Source: Scyliorhinus canicula (taxonomy: Eukaryota). Taken from it: DNA of 64,000 nt. The notes below the pieces were generated by a model that worked only from the letters and a program-made list of their open reading frames with translations, searched no databases and had not been told where the DNA came from. The position numbers and the translations under genes are program-made. The DNA is taken from contig NC_052168.1 of NCBI RefSeq assembly GCF_902713615.1, positions 4,712,001-4,776,000 of the forward strand. Direction: 5' to 3'. Within the stretch, counting starts at the first letter, position 1; the number at the start of each line of letters is the position of its first letter. Of this stretch, positions 52,031 to 63,261 are shown one piece after another.

Positions 52031-52153
52031 CTCCAATACTGGAAAGGTGAAGAGGCACCTCAGTGACGGCGAGAACTCAACCCGTCCAGGTTCCCCGGCC
52101 ACGTTGCGGAATGTTCCGGAGTTACACGCAGCCCTCCAGCTCCCTGAAGGAAG
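52031..52153 (+). CDS. Secretin-family precursor exon 4: SNTGKVKRHLSDGENSTRPGSPATLRNVPELHAALQLPEG
   Basis: Pyrimidine tract + atatcag, donor gtgagt, 123 nt open in phase 2->2; dibasic KR. Confidence 0.75.
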
Positions 52154-54083
52154 GTGAGTGGCAAATATAATTATTACAGCCTTCTCACACTCTGCAGCCT
52201 TCAGTAACCCTGGATAATATGTGGCAGTGTCAGCTCACCTGGAGCACTAAAAATGGTTTCACTGTGCACACGTCTGATCTGCAAATCCATTCCTCACAAA
52301 TCTATGCCAGTTTTCCCAACGTGAATTCCCATGTCCATTGAATACACATTTCCTTATGTAAACGTGTCACGGTGCAACTATGACCTCCTGCCAGCGGCGG
52401 CGCTGTCGGACCTCATTCTTTCTTTCCCCAGCTCCCGAACAGTACTGCAGAGAAATTTCAACCAACTCCATCTCTCTGGAGTATGATTTGCTATTTAATT
52501 GGAATTATTAGGAAGTTAAAACTACGTACTAAAATAAGGGCAGAATAAAATGAAGACTGAATTCCATCTATAGGACCTATTCCAATCATCCATAGAACAT
52601 ACAGTGCAGAAGGAGGCCATTCAGCCCATCGAGTCTGCACCGACCCACTTAAGCCCTCACTTCCACCCTATCCCCGTAACTCAATAACCCCTCCTAACCT
52701 TTTTTGGTCACTAAGGGCAGTTTATCATGGCCTATCCACCTAACCTGCACATCTGTGGACTGTGGGAGGAAACCGGAACACCCGGAGGAAACCCACGCAG
52801 ACACGGGGAGAACGTGCAGACTCCGCACAGATAGTGACCCAGTGGGGAATTGAACCCGGGACCCTGGCGCTGTGAAGCCACAGTGCTATCCACTTGTGCT
52901 ACTGTGCTGCCCTGGACTTTCCCTCTGACTCCATCTGAAGACTACTTTGGTCACTCAAGACCAAGGAACGGGCTGGGGATTGGCCCAGCCTTTGGCAATG
53001 AACGTAAGTTCACTCAAGCCTAGGGGGTATCGCGTGGCGCAATGGTTAGCACTGGGACTACGCTGCTGAGGACCCAGATTCGAATCCCGGCCCTGGGTCA
53101 CTGTCTGTGTTGAGTTTGCACATTCTCCCCGTGTCTGCCTGGGTTTCACCCCCACAACCCAAAGATGTGCTGGGTAAGTGGATTGGCCACTCTAAATTGT
53201 CCCTTAATTGGAACAAAAATAATTGGGTACTCAATTTATTTTTTGAAATGTTCACTCAAGCCTTGACTCCCCAAGTTTAACACATCCATGAAGTTCCGCC
53301 TTCTCAGTTTGTCAATCCATTTCTAATAAATTTCTGCAAATAATTTATTAAAGAATCTAATGCCAACGCAATTGGGGTTTAACATTCTGTTAAATTGGGC
53401 CAACACTCGCATGATATACTTTTAAGGTTTTTATAGTGTTTGTTCTTCAAGATTAGGTGACGATATGTCTTTGCATTGTCAACACTCAATCCACGTAGAG
53501 TTAATAATGGGGAATAGTGATATAATTGTTTATTGCTGCAAAAAGACATATGCTATCAAAGTTTTCCGCCTTGCACTCATCAGGACAGAATTACAAGAAT
53601 ACCAAATCATCCTAGAGGGAGCAACAGTTTACGCTACATGGGAAAAGGGCGTTGATTGGCTGGCAGCACCTAGTTTGCAGGCCCTTGGGCTCCCCAGGGC
53701 AGAAACCTCACCACGCAATCTGCTAGCACGCCCACCTCTAGGTCAGAAGGGTGTGAGAAGGATGAGACTGACAACTCCCAGTGTAGCACTGAAGGAGTTA
53801 AACCTGAGCCCCCACCCCCCTCAACAACCCTCGCCCTCTCAGATAGATATAAAAGATCCTGGCAAATAATCCTCCCCTCCCCAGAGTCCATGGCTAAGTT
53901 TTGTAATGCCCCAGTTAACATCACGGAAACGGGTCAGTATCACGGCGTCCCCCGTGGGATCTTGCTGTGCACAAAGTGGCTGCCGCGTCACCGCAGTGAT
54001 TGCACTTCGAAAAGCAGAACGTAAAGATTTGGGAGTGTCCGAAGTTGGGGAAGGTGCTAATACAAACATCTCATTCTGTTCAG

Positions 54084-54209
54084 TGAGGTGTACGAGCTCT
54101 CGCTGAGGAACCCGGATGTGTCGGCGGTGCTGGGTGAACTACTGAGGCTCCGCGGTTTAACACAGCAGCCCTGCCTGAGATGGTTCCGCAGTTACTACAG
54201 GGCGATGAG
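54084..54209 (+). CDS. Secretin-family precursor exon 5: EVYELSLRNPDVSAVLGELLRLRGLTQQPCLRWFRSYYRAM
   Basis: cattctgttcag / gtaagg, 126 nt; only the phase-2 frame is open. Confidence 0.75.
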
Positions 54210-55125
54210 GTAAGGACGTGGCCACCGGGTTTGAGAGCAAGATATTTTATTTGTATTCGCACCCACCCCGTCTGGCCGCTCAGGAGGATGGGAGAGTACC
54301 CTCACCCCCCCCTCTCTGGCTCCCCACCCCCGTCCACCCACCACTATTTCGAAGAACACCAAACACCAGGTTAAGGTCCAACAGGTTTGCTTCGAATCAC
54401 TGGCTTTCGGAGCGCTGCTCCTTCCTCAGATTCACCTAAGTCAATAAAAAATTTTAAAAGTCAATAAACTGTCCCTTTCTCCTCAAATGCTGTTTTTTAA
54501 ATGGGATCTTGCTCTGCACAAACTAGCTGACGCATGGACTCAGCAGTCGTGCTTTGATCTCAACTTAACCGTTGCAAGATGCTGACAAAGAGGCAAATTC
54601 CTTTCGTTTATGTCCCCACATCTCCCATTGTCCCTGTGAGCTCCAATCGTCTTTCGCCCTCCTTGTAATAATAATAATAATCTTTATTATTGTCACAAGT
54701 CGGCTTACATTAACACTGCAACGAAGTTACTGTGAAAAGCCCCTAGTCGCCACATTCCGGCGCCTGTTCGGGTACACAGAGGGAGAATTCAGAATGTCCA
54801 ATTCACCCAACAAGCACGTCTTTCGGGACTTGTGGGAGGAAACCGGAGCACCCGGAGGAAACCCACGCAGACACGGGGAGAACGGGCAGACTCCGCACAG
54901 ACAGTGACCCAAGCCGGGAATCGAACCTGGGACCCTGGCGCTGCGAAGCAACAGTGCTAACCCCTGTGCTACCATGCCACACAAGAATCTATCTCAGTCT
55001 GCCTTAAAAATATTTGAGGCCTCCCCTTCCACTGCCTTTTGAGGAGGAGAGTTCCAGAGACCCGCCACCCTCTGAGAGGAACTATTTATCCTCATTCCCA
55101 ATTTAAATGGAACACGCCTTATTTG

Positions 55126-55363
55126 TGATGCACCATCAATTACGACGAGACGAGAGTAGAGAGTAATCGAGGCTTTATTAAGCAGAGATGTGTGGCCTCC
55201 TGCAGCTGTTGACGAAATGGCTGCAGCTCGGTCAGCACACACATTTATACTCCGCCTACTGGGCGGAGCCAGCAGACAGGGATCTATCCCCGTACCTGTA
55301 GTACAGGAGCCATACTGTATTACCTCTCATATACATGTTATACAAACAGTGGTGACTACCACA
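55126..55363 (-). mobile_element. 238-bp solo LTR inserted in a CR1 fragment
   Basis: TGATG...CCACA, flanks atttg/atttt. Confidence 0.8.
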
Positions 55364-56108
55364 ATTTTTAAACAGCGACGGCCTATCACAGGCGGAGACA
55401 TCCTTTCCCCTTCCATCCTGTCACTGCCCCTTCCATCTTATTTCAACAATTCACCCAAAAAGCTGTTGAGACTGAGGGTCAATTGTGAACTTCACCACTG
55501 AGATTGATATTCAGTTTAGAAAGGGTAATAAAGGCTATGTAACCAGGTATATGGAAGGGGGCGACATGGCAGCGCAGTGGTTAGCACTGCTGCCTCACGG
55601 AGCCGAGGATCTGGGTTCGATCCCGGCCCCGGGTCACTATCTGTGTGGAGTTTGCACATTCTCCCCGTGTCTGCGTGGGTTTCGCCCCCCCAAAACCCAA
55701 AGATGTGCAGGGTAGGTGGATTGGCCATGCCTACATTGGGGGAGGGGGGGGGGGAGGAGAAACAGGTGTTTGGATGCAATATGCTCCCTCTTGGAATCTC
55801 GAACTAGGGTCTAAAATTTCAAAATCAGGGGTCTCCCATTTATTGGAATCTCGAACTAGGGTCTAAAATTTCAAAATCAGGGGTCTCCCATTTAAAACGG
55901 GGATGGAGGAATTTCCGCCCCCCGAGAGGCGTTAGCGTCGGAGTTTTATTCCACAGCGAGCGGCGGAGCTGGGTTTTTGAATATATTCGAGGGTGAGTTA
56001 ACGGTTATAGGGGGGTGGGGAGGGGTGGGGGGGGGACAGGAAAGTGGAGTTACGGCCACATCAGATCAGTCGTGACCTCATCGAATGCTAGAACAGGCTG
56101 GAGGGGTC

Positions 56109-56584
56109 TGTGGTGATATGCATCGCTGTAAATACACGAGGGGTTAATGTAAATACACTATGACTAAGTAAACACTAGAGGGAGCACCAGAGACGTCATG
56201 ACATGCAGACATACAGCTAATGAAAACATAGAATAGGGCACGACCAATGGGCAGCCAAGACACCCAGAGGTGACACTACCACAAGGGGGCATTACACAAC
56301 CCATATATAAGAGCAGGGCACACATGCTCTGTCTCTTTCCACAGGGAACACTTAGAGAGAAGGACAGGGGCAGATCAGAAGCATCACCACCACCACGTGG
56401 CTTAGAGCAGACTGGTTAGTTAGGCTGAGTTACTATAGCAAGATTAGCAGGAGAGTCAAACTCATAGAGAACTGTGCTAATGGTTCAATAAATCACACTG
56501 AACTGACTTCAATGTCTGGAGTATCTTTTGGTAAAAGCTGCATCGAGTTGCAGCCTGTGTTATCCCAGAGTACACAACACAACA
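56109..56584 (+). mobile_element. Solo LTR inserted in a CR1 tail
   Basis: TGTGG...CAACA, perfect GGGTC TSD, TATA and AATAAA. Confidence 0.87.
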
Positions 56585-56667
56585 GGGTCGAATGGCCCAA
56601 GCATGCTCCTATTTCTTGCTCTTCACAGCTCTTATTGAAATGGCAGGATAGGCTGGAGGAGCCGGAT

Positions 56668-56977
56668 AATTCCCTACCTTGCTTATCCAGCCCAATTCCC
56701 TCCTCTCCCTACCTTGCTTACCCAGCCCAATTCCCTCCTCTCCCTACCTTGCTTATCCAGCCCAATTCCCTCCTCTCCCTACCTTGCTTATCCAGCCCAA
56801 TTCCCTCCTCTCCCTACCTTGCTTATCCAGCCCAATTCCCTCCTCTCCCTACCTTGCTTATCCAGCCCAATTCCCTCCTCTTCCTACCTTGCTTATCCAG
56901 CCCAATTCCCTCCTCTTCCTACCTTGCTTATCCAGCCCAATTCCCTCCTCTCCCTACCTTGCTTATCCAGCCCAATT
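56668..56977. repeat. Tandem repeat, 35-bp unit, ~8-9 copies
   Basis: aattccctcctctccctaccttgcttatccagccc. Confidence 0.95.
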
Positions 56978-57018
56978 CAATCCACCAGGACTGACCCCAA
57001 TTCTTCGATTAATTTCAG

Positions 57019-57145
57019 AATTTTATCCGATGGCTCCCATTGGCCAGCTGCAGTTTTGATAGATCACCAGACTTGTGTGACCATCCGCCAGTTGGCAATT
57101 AACCAACAATTACAAACCTTCCTGACCACGATGGACTTTCAATAA
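57019..57145 (+). CDS. Secretin-family precursor probable last coding exon: ILSDGSHWPAAVLIDHQTCVTIRQLAINQQLQTFLTTMDFQ*
   Basis: CTGAC branch point near 56991, aatttcag acceptor, phase-2 frame open to TAA; supplies a second Cys; alternative terminal acceptor at 58589. Confidence 0.6.
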
Positions 57146-57399
57146 TCAGGTACTTCCAGCTGGTCTAGAATCCCTCCTGATAAAGAGAGAAGGAGCCTGG
57201 GGTCAGCTGAATACTGCTTCAACTGGGCTTCAAATTGGACCCAGACTCATGCTGACTCCTCTCTGCGTACCGTGTGAAACACGTCGGACAGTCTGGTTCC
57301 TTAATTGTTCCGGCTTTGCCGGCAGTGTAGGCCAGGAGCTTGCCTCGGAGTCAGATGGGTTCAGTTTATGATCCAGACTGGCACTCTGAGTCAGTCCTG

Positions 57400-58450
57400 A
57401 GGTGTACTGCGTATTGAGGGGTACTGCATACTGAGGGGTGCTGTTTATTGAGGGGTGCTGCGTAACGAGGGGTGCTGTGTACTGAGTGGTACTGCATACT
57501 GAAGGGTACTGCATAATGAGGGATGTTGTGTACCTAGGGGTGTTGTGTACTGAGGGGTGCTGTGTACTGAGGAGTACTGTGTACTAAGGGGTACTGCATA
57601 CGGAAGGGTGTTGTGTACTGAAGGGGACTGCGTGCTGAGGGGTGCTGCGTACTGAGGCATGTTGCGTACTGAGGGGTGCTGCGTACTGAGGGGTACTGCG
57701 TACTGAAGGGGATGCGTGCTGAGGGGTGCTGCGTACTGAGGGGTGCTGCGTACTGAGGGGTGCTGCGTACTGAGGGGTGCTGCGTACTGAAGGGGACTGC
57801 GTGCTGAGGGGTGCTGCGTACTGAGGCGTGTTGTGTACTGAGGGGTGCTGCGTACTGAGGGGTACTGCGTACTGAGGGGTGCTGCGTACTGAGGGGTGCT
57901 GCGTACTGAGGGGTGCTGCATACTGAGGGGTACTGCGTACTGAAGAGTACTGCGTACTGAGGGGTGCTGCATACTGAGGGGTGCTGCGTGCTGAGGGGTG
58001 CTGCGTACTGAGGGGTGCTGCATACTGAGGGGTACTGCGTACTGAAGGTGACTGCGTGCTGAGGGGTGCTGCGTACTGAAGGGTACTGCATACTGAAGGG
58101 TACTGCATACTGAAGGGTACTGCGTGCTGAGAGGTACTGCGTACTGAGGAGTACTGCGTACTGAAGAGTACTGCGTACTGAGGGGTGCTGCATACTGAGG
58201 GGTACTGCGTACTGAAGAGTACTGCGTACTGAGGGGTGCTGCATACTGAGGGGTACTGTGTACTGAGGGGTACTGTGTACTGAGGGGTACTGCGTACTGA
58301 AGAGTACTGCGTACTGAGGGGTGCTGCATACTGAGGGGTGCTGCGTACTGAGGGGTGCTGTGTACTGAGGGGTACTGTGTACTGAGGGGTACTGCGTACT
58401 GAAGGGTACTGCGTACTGAGGGGTGCTGCGTACTGAGGGGTGCTGCATAT
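57400..58450. repeat. Tandem repeat, 17-bp unit gtactgaggggtgctgc
   Basis: Directly visible; preceded by a SINE-head-like segment (ttgcctcggagtcagatgggttca). Confidence 0.95.
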
Positions 58451-60445
58451 TGAGAGGGTGCTAAAGATCACCCATGATCTGATTGAATACCAGAACAGGC
58501 TTGAGGAGCTGAATCGCCTCTTCCTCCAGTTCCTCCTTTTCCTGTACCCACAGGTTTTGATCATTTCTTTTTGTGTTTTCTTTCACAGGCAGAGGGTGAT
58601 TGCGACCCCATGGGAGAGACCAACAGGACCTCAGTGAGGGTGACCTCTCCCTCCAATATCTACCCCTCGCCCCCTCCCTTAATAACCGTTACAACAGAAC
58701 CATTGCAAAGCTCGGAACAGGATTCCCGAGTTGTGGGCAGGATTGGGACCACGGAACAGCGCTCCCTGGCGTATATGAACCCTCGTTATTCTGTTAATTG
58801 TTCCTCCTTTCTGCTCTGCCCAGAGGATTCGATTCACCTTAAAACATTTCTCAACACCAACCCGTCTTATTTTGCAAGGTATGGGCGGCGATCAATTAAA
58901 TTCACTGACGTCAGCCCTCGCCCCCACCCCGGCACGGCCCTGAATTCCCCCCCCCCCCCCGTCCCCCCCCCCCCACCCCCCCACTAAAAACTCTACTCGG
59001 AGGAACACTGTGTCCTCATCAATGCCGGTTTTGGTGATCACGCCAGAATTAGCCTCTGCGCCACTGATCTAGGGGGGTGGGGGGGGGGGGGACAAGGAGG
59101 GAAGGTGGGGGGGGGGGGGGGATGTGGGGATGCAGACAACAGCCTGTCCTCATTCCGGCAAGCACTGCTATGAAGCACAGAGTGGTCGCCGGGGACAGGA
59201 CTCAGCTCTGCTGCGATGCCTTGTGTAGTTGAATTGCCTGCTGCCGCTAAATGGGGGTGGGGCGATGGAGCATTCCATCTGGAAGTGGAAGGGATGTGGG
59301 TGCTCAGGAGGCGACGGCATTAGTTCAATTACTTCCTGAAATCCTGCATTAAAAAGCGTGTGACAGGAATGGGTTTGGGCAGAGTAAATTAGGAGAAGAA
59401 GAGAGGCAAAGAGTAGGGCATTAACTGGATGGCTCGTTCAAACAGCCAGCACCGGATCGAGGGACCGAATGGCCTCCCTTTGTGCTGCTCGCTTTGAAAT
59501 ATTCCTATTAAAACTGACCGCGTCGGTGACCCTCTCTTCCAGAGATGCTGGTGGTGACACTAGTGACCATATGTGTCTGCCCCCCACTCCCCCCCCCCCC
59601 CCCGACCCCCAACCCCGTCCGCTCCCACCCTCAACCCCATCTCTATTGTTCATTCTATAATGGGGATGTCAACTCTGTAGAAACTGTGGACTGTCCCTTT
59701 AAATTATGTATTTTTAATTGCCATGGCGATGTTCTTGATACTGTTGTGTTCCATGATCTTGCCTAGCAATGATTCTACAGAACCACTGGTGACTTAGCCA
59801 GAACGATGTTTTATTAATATACACGTGGTTAAGTAATGATATGAATCTTATACAGACCGAATTATTACAGAGTTACTTTAGACTCTTCTGGAACTACCCT
59901 TATGTGCGACTGACCTCGTGTACGCCTTACTACCTTCCCATGCTGGACAGATGGCACCTGACTGATGTCTGACGCCACCTGCTGGTGGGAGGTTACACTG
60001 CTGTGTACATGTAATATTATCCACAGGCGTATCACCGCACATGTATGTATGAATTTTCTGTCCTATCTTCCACAACATGTTCTTTCCCTATCAGATTCAA
60101 GTGTGCGTTTATTTATTTCTCTGTGTTTATCTGAATCGCGCGCTCAATGATTATGTGAATTTGGCAGATTTTTTAGTGGCAGGCTAATAAAACGCAGTAC
60201 GATACCAAACAGAGACTGGCTTTGTTGTAATTTATAGACAGATTCGGGAATGAATTGACAGTGCCACAGCGTGTGTGAGAGTATGTGTACGGTAACGTAT
60301 CATAACAGCAACTGCCCCTGAAGCCACAGCACGATATTAAAACTCCCATCTTTATGCCACAATCCCTCTGCGTGCTCACCCCTCCCTATCTCTGTGACCG
60401 CCTCCACACTCCACAACGTCTCCGAGCTGCTCTGAATCTGGCCTT

Positions 60446-60980
60446 GGTGGTAGTCTTTGTGTTGCTGATTCAGGATGGTTGGGGTAGTGTTCACAAAGAC
60501 CACAGTATAGCTTTAACTGAGACAAAGCTGAAACAGGGGCTGGTTTAGCTCACTCGGCTAAATCACTGGCTTACCAAGCACCAGCCTCCCCGGACAGGCG
60601 CCGGAATGTGGCGACTAGGGGCTTTTCACAGTAACTTCATTTGAAGCCTACTCGTGACAATAAGTGATTTTCATTTCATTTCATTTTCGAGCTATGATTT
60701 TATTTCTACCACTAAACTGGGATTCGATACTTAGTCCTTAAGAATACACAATTGATCAATAACATCTCATCTATTCCTAATCTCACTCACTGGTACAAAC
60801 TATAATCTAACCTTCTCACACTATCGGCTCTGATGACCTTCACTAGCTATTTCCTGCAATACCCACCTCCCCTAAGGTCTAGCATCACTGCTTTATATAG
60901 TTGTATCAGTAGCTCCTCCTAGTGGCTACTCTCCACGCTACCTCAACTCTTGCAATGCTGATAATTGTGATTATATCACA
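60446..60980. mobile_element. Solo LTR-like insertion (with a SINE inside, ~60536-60688) splitting an L2 remnant
   Basis: GCCTT TSD, ...TCACA end. Confidence 0.65.
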
Positions 60981-61619
60981 GCCTTCTGAGCGTGCCCCGG
61001 TCTTCACCGCCGAACCGTTGGTGGCCGGGCCTCCAGCTACCCAGGCCCCGAGCTTTGGAATTCCCTCTCCGTCCCCTCCACCTCACCTTCCTTCTTTAAG
61101 ATGCCCCTTGAAAGCTGCCCCTTTGTCCGAGCGTTGGTCAGAACGCTGCCCATTTCCCAACAGTTGTTCAGTGCCACAGGACATGCTTTGTGTGAGGGGG
61201 GGAGGGTCCAATGTTCTCTCTCTCGCCTCGCCGTTATCTTTAACCGCCTAATTTTGGACGTTATTATTTTAGCCAACCAGGTAAGATGGTCGAATGGCCT
61301 CTTTCCATTTTGCAAGGTTTCATGCGAACTTCCCTCTACTTTACCCTACGTAGCCTCTATTGGCCCCTCAATGGGGATTACCTTGTTCCAATATCCACTT
61401 GTAATAAGTCATTGTATATTCCCATAATCCAATACATTCTTCTAAATTCCTCTCCTGGGACGATTTAGAAATTGCAGCTTGGTTATTGCTGATTCAGTCA
61501 GAACAAGGGGCTGGCTTCTCCAGTTTCCCCAACTGTGTGTCTCATAGAATCCCTACAGTGCAGAAGGAGGCCATTCGGTCCATCGAGACTGCACCTACCC
61601 TCTAAAGAGCACCCTAACC

Positions 61620-61998
61620 CAGTGTTTTTCAAACTATTTTCCCGGGGACCCATTTTTACCAACCGGCCAACCTTCGGGATCCAACCCGCCCGACCTTTGC
61701 GACCCACGCCGGCAAACTTGCGCGACCCACCATTTTCTCTTACCTTGTTTGTTGCTGACAAAAATGGTGGAAATGGTTCTGGGTCCCTTTGGCCCATCGA
61801 ACTTGAAAACAAAAGGCTGCAACCATATAAAAATTAATTTGGCCGCACTGCGCAATGGTGCCCGATCATCGGTGCGCATGCGCAGATCGATGATCAGGCA
61901 CCCATGCGCAGTGCAGCCGAATTGTTTTATCTGTCCCTGCCCATTTTGAATGCCGGTTGGTAAAAATGGGTCCCCGGGAAAATAGTTTGAAAAACTCT
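61620..61998. mobile_element. hAT (Charlie-like) MITE inserted in a V-SINE
   Basis: CAGTG start; perfect 44-bp inverted repeat 61624-61667 / 61952-61995; internal palindrome. Confidence 0.8.
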
Positions 61999-63261
61999 TT
62001 GCTGTATAAGGGAAAGTTTTTGCGTAGCCAATCCACCTAACCTGCACACGTTTGGACAGTGGGAGGAAACCGGAGCACCCGGAGGAAACCCATGCACTCA
62101 CCGGGAGAACGTGCAGACTCCGCACAGACAGTGACCCAAGGCCAGAATTGAACCCGGGACCCTGGAGCTGTGAGGCAGCAGTGCCAACCACTGTATCACC
62201 GTGCTGTCTCTGTTCTCAGCGGTGTACCGTTTGCTGGTGACGCGATTCCGGCTGGAGAATTCCGGCCAAGCTTCCGGCCCCTCCTTGTTCCGAAGCTTGG
62301 CCGCACCATAAACAGACTCTATTGATTTCTACTCTCTGTCCCTCAGAGAGGTCAGTGTTCTGATATTGTCCATCCATGCCATCTGGGCTCTTCCCTGTGT
62401 ACGTTTCCCAGGAGTTTTGCTTCACAGCGCCAGGGTCACGATTCCGACTCGGGTCACTGTCTGTGCGGAGTCTGCACGTTCCCCCTGTGTCTGCGTGGGT
62501 TTCCTCCGGGTGCTCCGGTTTCCTCCCACAAGTCCCGAAAGACGTGGTTGTTAGGTGGATTGGACATTCTGAATTCTCCCTCTGTGTACCCGAACAGGCG
62601 CCGGAATGTGGCGACGAGGGGATTTTCTTTTTTTTGAACTAAATTTAGAGTGCCCAATTTGTTTTTTCCAATTAAGGGGCAATTTAGCGCAGCCAATCCA
62701 CCTACCCTGCACATCTTTGGGTTGTGGGGGCGAAACCCACGCAAACACGGGGAGAATGTGCAAACTCCACACAGGCAGTGACCCAGGGCCGGGATTCGAA
62801 CCCGGGACCTCAGCGCCGTGAGGCAGCAGTGCTAACCACTGTGCCACCGTGCTGCCTTCTTCATTGCAGTACTAATGTAAGCCTACTTGTGACAATAAAA
62901 GATTATTACTATAACCCGGATGTTCGTGAACATGATTAACGTACAATTGACAGTCAAGGCCAGATACGGGAAGGAAGCACAGTCTTGGGAAACCTTCTCA
63001 AACATTCAAACCGAATTTGGCACCTCTGAGGGCCTCATAGGGTTAATAACTATTGAATGTCACACACACACACAGAGGACTGTGTCAGTGCTCTCACAGA
63101 TAAGATGGTTTCTCCCCTCCCATTTCTGTGATGTCAGTGCATGTCACAGGCAGAGAGAGAGAGAGAGAGAGAATTTCGCTGCTCCTCTCCCTAATCCCAG
63201 GATCAGGAAAGCTGGAGAGGCTGTGGACCCGGAGCATAAAGCTCTCAGTCTCCTTCTACCC

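Larger units (their letters stand above)
2318..62910. mobile_element. More than 35 dispersed tRNA-derived V-SINE (HE1-like) copies, e.g. 4528-4850+, 6925-7215+, 9530-9830+, 18255-18482-, 22548-22775+, 30925-31270-, 31590-31915-, 45697-45925+, 47302-47605+, 52590-52912-, 54665-54978-
   Basis: A/B-box head ggcagcacggtggcgcagtggttagcac...ggttcgatccc plus V-domain gggtcactgtctgtgtggagtttgcacattctccccgtgtctgcgtgggtttc. Confidence 0.92.

Noticed and set aside
49445-53590. Two further hammerhead-like CTGATGAG motifs (~49450 + and ~53570 -)
   Set aside because: Stem II and GAAA are degenerate; probably inactive Penelope remnants
57445-58564. ~300-aa STQ/YAAP repeat ORFs on the minus strand
   Set aside because: Translations of the 17-bp tandem repeat
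54170-58842. TIP39/PTH2-like 'WFRSYYRAMRGFDSP' if exon 5 spliced to 58824
   Set aside because: The conserved TIP39 N-terminus (ADDAAFRE) is absent and the gene is explained by the secretin exon
58790-58890. Calcitonin/adrenomedullin-like 'CSSFLLC...YGRR' in ORF 58571..58987 (ADM5 is near human IRF3)
   Set aside because: CSSFLLCP is the translation of a polypyrimidine acceptor and YGRR overlaps a donor (AAG|gtatgg); spacing and sequence do not fit the family and the phase does not match the upstream exons
59742-60039. Additional solo LTR
   Set aside because: TG...CA-like ends but no matching target-site duplication, so left uncalled
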